Below are positions 50,989 to 64,000 of a stretch of 64,000 bases of DNA, piece by piece. The notes beneath the pieces were generated by a model, which was given only the letters and a program-made list of their open reading frames with translations, did no database searches and was not told the DNA's origin. Source of the stretch: Chrysomallon squamiferum. Taxonomy: Eukaryota; Animalia; Mollusca. Location of the stretch: contig CM022674.1 in assembly GCA_012295275.1 (NCBI GenBank), forward strand, positions 10,230,001-10,294,000, written 5' to 3'. Positions within the stretch are counted from its first letter, which is position 1, and each line of letters opens with the position of its first letter. The position numbers and the translations under genes were made by a program.

Positions 50989-53629
50989 TCAATATCTATG
51001 TTGACAATAATATAGATGTTACATTATATTCACCTCATAATTTTTGGTTTTAATTTTCACAAAAATACAACAAAACAACAAAAAAATGATTTATATTTAT
51101 CAGAATAAAATATTTTATATATGTATTTAAATTTCAAAAATAAACAACCATTTTCCTAAAGATACAAAAAAAAAAGAGCAATGATTTACAATTAGAAATA
51201 CATGATGTTCAATGGCTAAGGTGAATATGCAGTGATAAAATTAGTAATGATGAAAAGTGATGTGTATATAAACTGTTTTACGGTGTAATAAATAATGAGG
51301 AATATTAGTGTTCAGCCATGTAGATTTTATTAACAAATAATTATGTTCAATAAACTGAAAATTTAAAAAAGATTTAATTTTATGGAATTCAAGTTATGAT
51401 TGTCATTAATTATGTAAAAAAAACTGAACCCCCACCAGATCAAAATAATTTTTTAAAATTGTAATTTTTTTGTTTCAATTTTTATAAATTGCTGTAATTC
51501 TTTTTATCAAAAATGTATGGTAAACATATAAATTACAATCATTGTTAGACAAGCCTAATTCATACTTCAGTAAAATATGTGTTTAAAATAAAATAAAATG
51601 TTCAATATAATTTTTAACGTTTATGATTCCTTAAACAAGATTAAAAAAAACCTATAAAAGATTCTACCAGTAAATGTTTGTACAGTTTATCATAAATAAG
51701 GAGTAACAGTTGGGAAATCTTTCAAATACAGATAATGTCTTTAAAATAAGTTTATTTTCAATACTTCTGAACAGTCATTTTCCATTTTTTAATTAAAACT
51801 GTATTTTGGTAATAATAAATTATATAAATGAAACATTCATAGTACCTGATCTTTATGGATCGCACACAAATAAGTGAAAAGTTTATTTTTGAAACTATTT
51901 AAAATATTTTACTCACAACATTAACAGTACAAAATATTTATCCACTTAGTAAAATGTGTACTCAAATATTATGTAACTATTTACTGTTAAACTTCATTTT
52001 CAGCAAAATTTTATCATAAGATGAACAGATATTTGTTCATACTAACACAGGTAGTATACAATTTATATGAAAAAGAGTATTACTTTGGTAATATAAAAAA
52101 AATCACAACTTTCAACTTTCAACTTTCATAAAATATATGAAGATATAATTTTTCACTGAGATCTTCAGAATGATATAAAAAAACCCTGTTGTTACAATGT
52201 CAGTGGTTTATAAATGATATACATGTATTTTATATATAAATACACAGAATTCTGTCCTTTATTATTGTTATATTTTACTAGGCATCTGTTATGTCTACAG
52301 AATAAAAAATAATTAAGGCAACCCACATATAAATACACACATTACATATATTCATCTTCACACACATGTACATGTATTATTATATAGGTATAAGATATAT
52401 GTAACAATTATGAGATAAGCAAGCATACATTTTGAACAAACTAAATTCTCTTCATCAACTGAAAATAAATAATACACCTTTTCATTATTTTCAAAGCACC
52501 AACAATTTTACAAAAAATAAATGAATAAAAGGAATATCTGTTAAGCAACTTGATCTGTGGCTTTGAAATAATAAATATAAACTAATAAGGCAAAAGTTAT
52601 TTATTATTCAGATATTAGAGCTAAAAAAAAAAAAAAATTTGTTTCAGTTTTATTTATAAACAGCAGATATATGTATATATACTTTTTAAATTTAGTTTAC
52701 ATTAATATTTAGCAATACAGAGTTATAATAAAGTTGAATATTTTAATAAAGATGGAAACCCTAGCTCAAGGAATGATTTGTGGAAAAAAAAAATCTTAAA
52801 CATCTTTACAGCATCTAGTCTATGGAATTACAATATAATATAATGCTGTGGTTTATTTCAGAATGGAATTACTGTTATGAGGCAAATATAGTGGCTTTCT
52901 TGATTAAGAAAAATTAAACAAAGCATAAAAGAGTGGACATTATACATTAAATGTAATGTTAAGCATCTAATATAACATAGATACCAGTGTCTTTAAGTAT
53001 CCACATTAAACACTGAATATTACCTGTAACTGTTAAGCTACATGTGTAACATGAAATTATTGTTACAAACAGGTGAATGTTGGAATGCGAAGTTAATGAT
53101 AGTTTAAACACTTCTTCAATTTACGATGCTGCCATCTCGAAAAAAGTTTCTGGAACTAAACTTTTCTCTATTTCATTTAAATATTTAAATTTTTATTAAC
53201 GTCTCTTAATAATAGAATTACAAGTCGTAGTTTACTGAACTGACATTTTTCATTACACTGGAATTCTGAAAACATCAATTTAAAAATCTAATCGTTAAAC
53301 ATGCGTGGTCGACAAGTTTTAGTTACCACTAAGTTATAACTCAACCTTTAATGACTACTTTAGGTTAACAAATACATTGTATCTAAATATATGGAAACAT
53401 TGACTTTAACCATAAAACACTTCAGAATTTAGATAAATATCAATTTAAAAAACAGTCTATCTTAACTTATCTTTAGTAACCATTAACAGTTAAACTGTGC
53501 CTTTATCTGACTTCTTTATTTAATAATAGTTATTTATCTTCAAAGAACTGTTAAAACTAATCTCTGTTTAAATGAAATTATTTTAAAAGTTCTGAAAGAC
53601 TTTTAAGTGTGATAAAAAAACAAAAACAA

Positions 53630-56600
53630 TCACAGCTTGGTGTCACTCATGATGCTGGTGCGAGGTCTGTCCAGCGTGACAGTGTTTGATTTCATCATTG
53701 GTCCTCCATTCTTTGTCCTAGCCACTGCGATGTGCAGACACTGCACCCACTGCTCCACGTTCTGATTACTCTTGGCTTTAAACACATATGTCTGATCAGC
53801 AGTGAAAATTTCAAATGCCTTTGGAATATCTCGAATTCCTTTCCTGACAGCTTTTATACTCTGTATCTGACTGACTGGAAGCATCTCTTTGAACTGAGAT
53901 AAATAAATAAACTGTCACAATGTTTTTGAAAGAAGAAATGTATTAAAATAAATAAACTATAATAAAAAATATATCAAAATAAATAAACTATTCTAACATT
54001 TATGAAAGAAGAAATATATCAAAATAAATAAACTATTATAATATTTTTGAAAGAAGAAATATATCAAAATTAAACACCATCTGAAATTGCTGAATTATTT
54101 TCTCATTAAAATTCAAACTTATTAAACTTAATTGTTATGAAATAGATGTTGTTAATAACACAACTGTTGTTTTTAAAGAGTGTAAATAATATATCTTGTT
54201 TAGTGTGTATAATATGTTTGTGTCTATTTGCTATTTCAAAGAGCAGGCACTGTTATGAACTTACCAAATTACTTTTGCTGTAGGTGATAGAACCACCAGA
54301 CAAAGTGAAGTATCGAGTCTTCCAGCGTTTTAAAAATTTCCACTTCCCTTTTTTCTCCTTTAATTGGCCCTGAAATCAAACCAAATATTTTTAAATTATA
54401 TTTTTTCATTTCTAAAAAGAAACCTGTTTGGAAATTTCTTACTGAGGAAGGCAAGAAAACAATAAAATAAAAAGAGTAATAAAATGGAAAATGAAAAAAT
54501 AAATAAATAATAATAAATAAAAATAAAAATCTAAAAACGATCAGTGGTTAATTTAATTAATTTAATTTCATTCCAATAAAACAAAAAACAAAAAAGACAA
54601 CAACAATCTTCTGAGTTACAAAATCAGCAACTTAAAATCAAAACAGAATGTTGTCATCATTATTTGTTAAACTTATTACAAAACTAAATATAAGCACACA
54701 CTGACTTTTTGTAATAGTTTGATAATGAATATATGTTAATAAAGTTTCAAACTTACAGCAATATTTGGAAGGCCATCTTGTAGCAGTGGTGAAACTTTCT
54801 CAGGGTGACTACAGACAAAACAAGCCCAGTTTTTCTGTACAGAGTTGAATTCAAATATGTCAAAATATCTCATGGAATGTAGTTCTTGAAGCATTGCATC
54901 TTGGTCCTGAAAAACAATTAATCATACATAGTAATAAAAATATACAATTAAAAATATACACACAATCAAAAATATGCAATAAAAAGAGAATGTAGTTATA
55001 AGAATAAAAATGCAAACAGTAATCAGCCCTTTGCTTGGATCCATATGTAAAATTTGTTTTTGTTTTGGGTTGGAACAAACATTCATAGTCATTTTCAATA
55101 GGTCGTGCTGAACTATATAATATATTCATATTCTAAAAGATGAACAAAACAGTACATGTGTAGTTGAAGAATATCAAATATCTAAATATTCTTTTAATTT
55201 CAGTAAAAAATGTTTTGAATTATTGTTCCTTTGCCAATACATTATGGATTTACTGCAATCTTTGATAATAAACTTTAAAAGTGTTATGGTCATTCCTGCT
55301 TTCTAATTAGTGGTATAAAGAAACAAACCTTGGTGGTAGGGAATAGGGAGGTGACGAGGGTGAGGAAACTGCTGTTGCCACGATCGCACTGCAGAGCATC
55401 CCAACATGTCTTCAAACAGCTGACACTCGAGTCCTGCTGACTCAGTGCATGTGGGGACTGAGCCTGAAAATTACAGTAAATAATTAAATAAATACGTGAA
55501 TTATAAATAAACATTTATAAAAACAAATGGGACTGAACGTGAAAAATCAGTTAAGTAAAATTTAAAGGTAAATATAATTTGATATTTACATTCACCTTAA
55601 AAATATAGGGATTTGACCCGACTAAATCAATTTACTATGTAAAAGTGAACAAGTTCTCCCCTTTTTTCACATTTATCTTTTTATTAGATTGTAATTACAT
55701 ATTCTGCACTAATATTAATTTATTGCTGCATATATTAATTTCTCCACTGAAGAATAATTGTTACTTTGTACCTGTATATTGAGAAACATGAGGTAAATCC
55801 AGGTTTTTGGAAGTTTTGTGTTGATGGTGAAGTAGTTGCTGTTGTAGAGACAGGCATCAGTCTGACAACAGCACTGAAAAAACAGTCTCATGAAGTTCTT
55901 ATGTCGGCCATCTGGAAAATAGAAAAAACTATAAGTGATGAAATATTTATATATCAGCTATTCTATAAGGTTCAATGTCTAGAACATAAAATAATATTTG
56001 CAAAAGGCTGAAAGACAATCAGACAAACAGACAGAGAGTCAACTAGTTAATTTTGTTTTTCAAGTAATTGAAGTAAAGGAATAAGCCAAAAAAAATAAAA
56101 TAATAATAAATAATGTTAAAAATTTTTTTTTAAAAGTGAACAAAAAAAATGGTAATATTAATAATAAAAAGTAAAAAAATAATAATAATCAAATAAAATT
56201 AAGAATAATTTAAGAAAATGTAATACAGTTGATGCATGTTTAACTGAATTTTTTTAAAAGGAACAAAATGTCTGCTGCAATGATTTAATCCAGTAAGCCT
56301 GACCTCATTTACAAATGTAGGAATCTGGAAAAATCTAAAAAGTCCTGTTAATAATTTCATTCATTTATCACCTAACTTAATCAAATATAAAATGCTGTAT
56401 TACTTTTAATTAAAATCATTTGTGGCACTTACTGACAACACAGCACTTAGCAGGAAGTGGCAGATGGACAATCAAATTAGCAATATATTCTTTGACACTG
56501 GGTAAATGTCTTTCATAGAAGTGTAGTACACCATCTCTCACTGGCTCATGCTGAAATACAACAAACAGTTTGATTGGATATTTGTAAAAATGAAGAACAG

Positions 56601-59600
56601 CTATTGGACAATCCACAATGAATTACCACCCATAATTTTATTCTAAAAATACAAAAATAATTTCTTAGATGATTCAGAAAATTAATAGTTCTGGATTATT
56701 CTTTTTTATTTAGCAGTAAAAGTTATTTTATAACCACCATCACACTGATTAAAACATTGCCAATCAAAATGTTCCTAACACTAGAATTAATGTAGATAGA
56801 GATTTGCTGAAACTTTATAAAACTGTTTACCGAATGTGGACTTCCTAGGTGAGTGAGACCACTGTTCACTGATAGTTTCTCAGACACCAGAGTGGATGCT
56901 GGACTGCTAGCCCGGTCAGACGGGAGACCAGCGGTCAAGCTACTGGCTCTATGAAAACACAAAACTTTTAACATCTTTCTTCTTGTTTTTTTTAATGTTT
57001 GTTTAAAATGCATCATTTCTTATCTTATTTGTAATTATCAATTGACAAAGGAAAAAAAGAAAATGTTATAATAGTTTGGTTTTTTTATTTATATTTTGAA
57101 AAAAATAATGTTTCAAAGAATAATTATTTGAATTTTATAATAAAATAACTTCAGCCTATGTAAATAAATAAAATTAAAAAAAGCAATAGAGAGAGAGAGA
57201 GAGAAAAATCTGTAATATTAATAATAAAAAGTTTAAAAAAATAAAATAATCAAATAAAATTAATTTTTTTTTAAGAAAATGTAATACAGTTGATGCATTT
57301 TTAATTAAAAAACGGAAAAACCTGGAAGATTTTGATAAACTTTGTTGACTTGAAGCTCCAGTTGATGACAGCACAGTTGTTTTAACAGAAACTGTACCAC
57401 TAGGGTGTGTGGCATTTGGAGGGTTGCCCACAGTGATAACAGTAATTGTACCCTCTGTCTGGCTGGAAACTGTTTTCATTTCTCTCTCACCAGTACTAAA
57501 ATAAACAAAAACACTTACAAAGTGTGTGTAATTACAAATCTGCAGGGCTCAGGACCCCATTAAAAAACCACGAATTTCACTGTAATAGCAGAAAAGTGAT
57601 AGAAAAGCTTGATTACTTTTATTAATAAAATATTTTTGCTTCTAGTTACTGATACAAAGTTAAAAATTCTCCAAAGCTGCTCTTCTTTTAATCACTTTCA
57701 GTTCAGTGTTGAATATAAATGTAGTATGTCTCAGCTTCTTTGTGTCACCATTGTAAATATCTCAATTAAGTTATGTCGCTGTTATTTACTATGTATTATC
57801 ACAGGTTCAGTATTGGGTTGTTTTAAGATAGGTCACATAGAACTAATAATGTTTTGTTTTCTTAATAAACTTTCAAAAATATAATTAGAAAGTTATAACC
57901 ACAGATTTATAATTTATTTTAAGAGAAAAATAAAACAAAAACTTATTAATGAATTGAGCCAAAATTTTCAATTATTAATGTAGTCCAAATATGTTAAATA
58001 TTAATTCATATTAATGAATTAGTCACAGATGTATTATTGTTAATATTATATTTACTAAGAAGTAGGTTAATTATGAAATTTCACAAGAAATCACAAAAAA
58101 AAAAAAAAAAAATGTGTGTAATTAATTAAACAACATTTCATTAGTGTACAGTGTGCCATTCTGAATAAAGTTAATTTCAATTATAAGCATTAGCAACAGG
58201 CCTACTGTAAAAGATATGAGAAATATTATTAAAAATGGTTGTCAGCATTATTAAAAAAAATAATAAAAATAAGAAGTCAGAAGAATAAACAACAAAAGAT
58301 TGTTAACTAAAGATAATTTTTTTAATTATTTTACTTAAACCTCAAATCTCTATGTTCACAATAAACTGAAAGCAACATTAATATTCAAATGAAACCCATG
58401 TAAAACATACATGTACATGCACAATTAATAACAGATAACATATTTTTTTAAATATAAATAAATTACAACATAAACTGAAATATTGTTAGTTAGAAAGGAA
58501 CACAGGTACTGTAATACACATTGCACAATGCATAATAAAAAATATTTGAATTTATATTTAATTGAAATTTATCATTTGGATCAAGACAACAGAATAGTTT
58601 GTAAACTGAAGCTTTAATGACATTAATAACATGTACAACAAAACAGCTGTATTGAATTAATTAAAGTAGCAGATAATGTGCTCAGAAATATTTTTGCATA
58701 AACGATAATATTCTGAAATACAGTAAATAATAGTAATAAAAAGAAGTACAACACATTCAATTCAAACAAAATGTAAAGTAATGAAAAGTCTAAGAGAAAA
58801 GAAAGTTAAAGTCCAATAACAATACTAATACTAATACTAATACTACTACTAATAATAATAATAACAACAACAATTAAAATTCATAGTAGCAATAAAATTT
58901 AAAAAAAACAATTCTTTATAATATTAATAATAACGATAATAATGTAGTAGTAGCACTCATCATAACAGTTCCTGGAATAATTTCAGCAGTTTAAAAAATG
59001 AAAATGAAATGAAAACCAAATAAAATAAAATATATATATAAAAATAGAAATAATGGAAAATGGAAAAGATGTTAAACTCACACACACACACACACAGACA
59101 AAAAAATGAGTATATTTAATAAATAATAAAAAACAACAACATTGTTACAAGTTAAAATGGCACACACACATACACAAATAAATAAATTTAATATATAATA
59201 ATTAAAATGATGTTACAAGTTAGAGAGAGACATACTATTTTTGTAGATCTTCTTTTATCTGCTGGACAATCAGACGGACAGAACTTGACCCGCTGCTGGA
59301 CAGTCTGACAATCTGCTCAAATCTCTCAAGTAACAGATCATTATTTGTTTGACCAAGGGACTGAATCTCTGTCAATACAACAGGCAGAGTTGTCTGCTCC
59401 TTACAACTCAGCAGAGATACCAAGTAATCCATGGAACCTTTGGCTTCAGTCTGAAAAACAAAATATTTCACTAGGATATCCTGTTCTAACACTAATCTGA
59501 GTCAGACTATTTACCATTCCAACATTATCTTTCACTACAAATGATTATTTAAAAATATATTTACATTCACACACCTTTTTCATATGTGTGTGTATGTGTG

Positions 59601-62600
59601 TGTTTCTACTAATAGTGGCATTAACATACACACACACACACAACACAAATGTATTATAATATGTGTGATAATACACTAATATAAATTTATTATTATATGT
59701 GATAACACACTGTAACACATTAATATAAATTTATTATAATACGTATGATAATATATAAATTTATTATATTATGTTGATAACATATAAATATACTATAATA
59801 TGTTGATAACATACTTTATTTACAGTTCCAACTGCTCCAACAATCTGAGCTAACATGGACATCAAAACTGGTTGCATCTCCACTGACTTCTTGATATTCT
59901 CTACATGGGCAATGAAGGCAGCAGGGTTGGACCTAGCCATGTCCACAAACACAGACAGAACTAGGGGAGCACACAGCGAGTTTGTTAAAAAGTTACTAAG
60001 AACAGGAATGTGAGCATCCAATATCTAAAATAAAACAATATACTGAAAATTAAAATTCAGAAATATTGAATTTTTCCCAATAAAGAAAAAATGGTGATGG
60101 TTTCTCATATAGAAAAAATAATTTTGTATTTACTTTGTAGTTTTTTTATATGGAGAAACTATTTTTTAACAGTTTTCATTAAGAATTAAGGAATAATTTA
60201 GAAACTGGGTGATACTTTTTTCAGTTATTATTATTATTATTATTACATTTTCTTTAATAATAGAAATACTTAAGATCATTTACATTTTCCATTCAAATAT
60301 AATCTTAGAAAAAATGTAAATGAAATGTACTGCTTGACTTACATAAATAAATAAATAAATTAGAATAATAAAAATTAAAAAACCCACTATAATTTGGTAG
60401 TACATAGAATATATTTAGAGTACTTCTTCTTATCATCATCAAACTACACATTAACAAAAAAACAAAATGGTTTTAGTGATTACAAATGATAATTTATTGA
60501 TACATACTTCTGGTTTCATCTTGGCCACACAAGAAAACAGCTGAATAAGACACACCCTCTCTGTGAGGTCACACTTGTCTAACAATGCCACCAGAGGGCC
60601 AATCTCACTGTTCACAGGTTCAGGGTTATCACTATATATCTGAGGCATCACTTGACTCAACAGATAGTTGCCTAGCAAGAAAGCAGTCATAAAGTACTAA
60701 CAAATCTAAAATACAATTCCCATTTGATCAAGTATTTATTTCATAATGAAATATTTTAGATCACATGGATGAACTCCATTTCAGTAGAGTATAGTATACA
60801 ATTTAGTATTAAATTAAATTAACATTAAAAGATTTCTCAAATAATAAACATCATTTATTTTGAAGTATAGCATTCTTTTATATAATAATCAAAATAATAA
60901 TTATAGTAATTTTCAAAATTCTGCAAAATTCACCTTTCAGAATACTTCTGATGAGTAGTGGGACATGTTTGACAAGCAGTTTGGCGTTGTCAATGGCAGC
61001 AAGGGACAGATAGCTAGAGACATTGCGGCAAAGGTCTCGATTTTCTGAGTTCAAAAATTTAACTGTGGCAGGAATGGCTAATTTCATAACCTCTCCTTTG
61101 TTGTAATACTAAATAACAGAAATAATAATATTGTCAACTCTATTATTACAGCTGATAATTGCATGGAAAACAACAACTATGACAAAAACAATAATGATGA
61201 TGACAGAGCTGATGACAATAACAATGAGAAAAAAATATAATAAAAACAATGATTTTAATGACAACAATGATAATAATAAAAAAATAATGATTATGACAAA
61301 CAATGATGATGTGATAATTATAATGAACAATGTTGATAATAAAAATAATGATAATTTTTGTCAACAATAATAATAGAAAATGATGATTATAATGATACCA
61401 ATGATAATAAAAACAATGCTGATTATATGACAACAGTGATAATAATAAATACAATGATAATTATAATGACAATGATAATAAAAACAATTATTTTAATGAC
61501 AACAATTATAATTATAGTATAATCAAACAGTTAATATAGCAAATAACAATATTTCATTTTAACATTTTCTTTTCTGTTAAGTCTTTAACAGACAAAAATT
61601 TCTTAGTAAGAGACAGACTTAAAAAAATGTGTTTTTTTTTTTTCTTTTAGTTTATTCCAGTCTTCAATATTAGTAATTAGTAGGGCCAGGAACTCCCGAT
61701 GTTATACTGAGAGTCATAGGTCTGTGATCAGCAGGTAAAGTCATTTTTTGTTTACAGCGGTTATCAAAAGAACCAAATAGGGATAATTTTTATGCATTCT
61801 TCTTAAGCCTAGTGTGGAGCCACAATCTAATAAAAATGTGGAAAGATTAGTTAAACAAACCATGAAAAGACAACTCATGATGTCTGAGGCAATCTTGACA
61901 TGGGGTGGATCCTCATCTTTTTTTGTTTGCGTAAGATTGTGTTTCTGACAAATCTCCAGTAATCCAACAAGCGCCGATGCATGCTTCTCAACACTGTTTG
62001 TCTCCCTGGTAACACAAAATAATCATTGAAATTCTACAGAAAAGAACCATCACAGCAACAACTACATAACAAATTTTGTTTCATATTTCTACGAATTAAA
62101 TTCTGACACTCACTTGTTTTCATCCTATATGTATAGTGCTAATAGCACAGGCTTTGAGCTTACCCCAGTATAATTTTTTTAACTGAGAAAATCTTGACTA
62201 TGTGAATATCTTCCAAGGCCATGAGCAAAATTTAAAACCTTGTGAAATTTCTGGATTAATCCATTTCTGTTTTTCAAAAGTCTTTCTGCTAGTTAACATT
62301 TTGAATGAAGTATTTTGCTATTGTGATACCTATGTTATTTCAAAAGTAACTTTTGATAAGAAGATGAAGTCACATGATTATAAAATAATTATCCATGTAA
62401 TATCAAATTAATATCTATTAATTATATTAATTTTCTAATTCTAAACACTAACTCATATGTAGCAATAATATTTAAAATCTCTTTTAGTTATAATAATATA
62501 ATAATTATCACATTTGTTCAGTATTTCTAAGTATGTGCAAAACTGGAAACTGAAAATTATGTTTCAGTTAACATGCAACACAACATTATGAAAAAAACAA

Positions 62601-63009
62601 TCAAAAGGTGGATTCTCCATATAACTATATCAACCAATATATTTAAAAAAAAATTGATACACATATATAATTTGTCACGTTATTGTTTATATAATTTTAA
62701 ACGTCAGTCCTCTCCTATAAGTTATAATGCTACATAATGTCAAGACAGTACTGACGAATGCTTTTACAAAAACGCATTTTTACTTTGATTAACTAATCAC
62801 CTTATAGCTGTAGTTAGTCGTGTGATGCAAATCTCTACCACACTCTGGTCGTTATCGTTGATGTCGTAGTCAGAGGTGTCAACTATCTGACAAATCTTCT
62901 CTACGACGTTTGACAGTTCCTTCTCGATCACCACATCATCCAGTGAGAAAAGATCGCCAGCTTTCGACAAATCTTTTCGAGTAAGTACTTCTGCAAACAA
63001 TTCGTGCAT
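53630..63009 (-). CDS. VEPH1: Protein melted / ventricular zone-expressed PH domain-containing protein orthologue, 14 coding exons, ~773 aa
   Basis: Exons (minus strand): 63009-62801, 62005-61861, 61108-60934, 60671-60508, 60024-59815, 59450-59236, 57495-57322, 56948-56831, 56550-56433, 55911-55772, 55463-55329, 54906-54757, 54369-54265, 53893-53630; total 2322 nt. The N-terminus is diagnostic ([25 protein letters not shown]...[47 protein letters not shown]). The C-terminal PH domain reads [25 protein letters not shown]...IQSIKAVRK...[17 protein letters not shown]....[12 protein letters not shown]. Confidence 0.95.
53900..54072. repeat. A-rich minisatellite (~45-50 bp unit, 3-4 copies) in the last melted intron
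   Basis: Recurring AAATAAATAAACTAT...TTTGAAAGAAGAAATATATCAA. Confidence 0.75.
61140..61520. repeat. Degenerate trinucleotide (AAT/GAT/AAC) low-complexity tract
   Basis: Intronic run of ATA/ATG/ACA triplets. It explains the Asn-, Ile- and His-rich ORFs in the track. Confidence 0.85.
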
Positions 63010-63023
63010 TTTTCCATCTGTGA

Positions 63024-63067
<44 letters not shown>

Positions 63068-63077
63068 TAATAATAAT
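63024..63077. repeat. (AAT)n microsatellite next to the acceptor of the melted start exon
   Basis: About 17 AAT units with one interruption. Confidence 0.9.
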
Positions 63078-63630
63078 GTTTTTCCTACATATTTACTATG
63101 TAGACTGTCACTATGTAGTGTGATTATAATTTCCTTTAAATTTAAAATAATTTTATTGACAAGAGATGGATGTTTACTTTTGATACTTAAAAAAACTTAA
63201 TTTTTATATCCAGAATGATTGTCGTTAATAATTTTTTATTATCTTAAGAATGCTAAAAGTTAAAAATAATACAAACCACACGGCTAGATGTCATCTATGA
63301 TATACGTCACAATAAATCAATTGTCGAACGAGAAAAAAACAAACAGAAGAATAAATTAAACAGGAAACAAATGAGGAAATACATTCCAAGTGGAGATAAC
63401 TGAGTTCATTTTTGTACGCGTAACAAACAACATAACAATTGCCACTTTTATAATTAACAATTTATTTTTAAGAAAGTGTTATTAAACACTTTATACATTA
63501 TAATAAATGTTTAATATAATTGTGAAGTATCTTTTGAGGATTATATATATTCGTTTTTTCATTATACTTTTTAAAATCTTAAAATTGTTAAATGTTTAGC
63601 TAGCTAGCTGTATTTCATTACACAATAACG

Positions 63631-63745
63631 GAGTTACATAATCATGCTGAAACTAATAATACCGAGTTACATAATAATACTGCATTACATAATATTTGTG
63701 TTACATATTAATGCAGAAAGACATAATAATTAAGTTACATAATTC
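63631..63745. repeat. Short degenerate repeat of GTTACATAAT
   Basis: About six copies of a TTACATAAT-like core within ~115 bp. Confidence 0.6.
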
Positions 63746-63930
63746 ATACACATGAATTGGCTAATAATTGTTTTAAGGAATGGAAAACGAGCATTTAAAA
63801 ACAATATTTCAATTCTTCAGAGAAAAAAAATGAAATGAAAGACATTATAAAAAATATAAATTAAAATAAAACTTATTTATTGCGTTTTGTTACTAGGAAA
63901 CTATCTGCAGTCATGTGATGCCTCAGATAA

Positions 63931-63985
63931 ACACACACACACACACGCACACACACACACACACACACACAGCCACACACACACA
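63931..63985. repeat. (CA)n microsatellite
   Basis: Interrupted CA run near the window end. Confidence 0.9.
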
Positions 63986-64000
63986 AACTGTAAAAAAATG

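Noticed and set aside
45448-53629. Short ORFs between PI3K and melted
   Set aside because: They have an AT-rich, hydrophobic intron/UTR-like composition, no consistent exon chain and no motifs.
55772-55911. Apparent frameshift in a melted exon at a T homopolymer
   Set aside because: Recounting gives six T residues and an intact frame ([16 protein letters not shown]...TWIYLMFL).
59231-59240. ORF-track stop after ...EDLQK suggesting a truncated Melted
   Set aside because: The TAG spans the splice donor (TA|GTATGT), and the codon is completed by the next exon as TAT.
61109-61454. Asn-, Ile- and His-rich ORFs
   Set aside because: They are products of a trinucleotide low-complexity tract inside a melted intron.

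Overview
This is AT-rich, intron-rich animal genomic DNA, probably from an invertebrate and possibly a mollusc; it is not prokaryotic. Five spliced protein-coding genes can be assembled by hand with GT-AG boundaries and continuous frames. (1) The 3' part of EXOSC10/Rrp6 (+, runs in from before base 1, stop at 7914). (2) A 12-exon Gfo/Idh/MocA (YteT-like) oxidoreductase (-, 18385..8471), whose third coding intron holds a ~4.7 kb compound (TG/CA) satellite. (3) A 5-exon gene of ~234 aa (+, 19629..27210) that the ORF track misses. It sits head-to-head with gene 2 and is built from an exon-delimited L-x-R-x-[GS]-T-M-x-x-T-A-K|E-G repeat plus a Lys/Glu tail. I do not recognise its family, and it is the best novelty candidate here. 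(4) A 23-exon class IA PI3K catalytic subunit (+, 33456..45447) with substitutions in normally conserved kinase motifs. (5) A 14-exon melted/VEPH1 orthologue (-, 63009..53630) convergent with the PI3K. The remainder is microsatellite, minisatellite and decayed mobile-element sequence. Most ORF-track entries are intronic or low-complexity artefacts. All coordinates were read by eye and no database searches were run.
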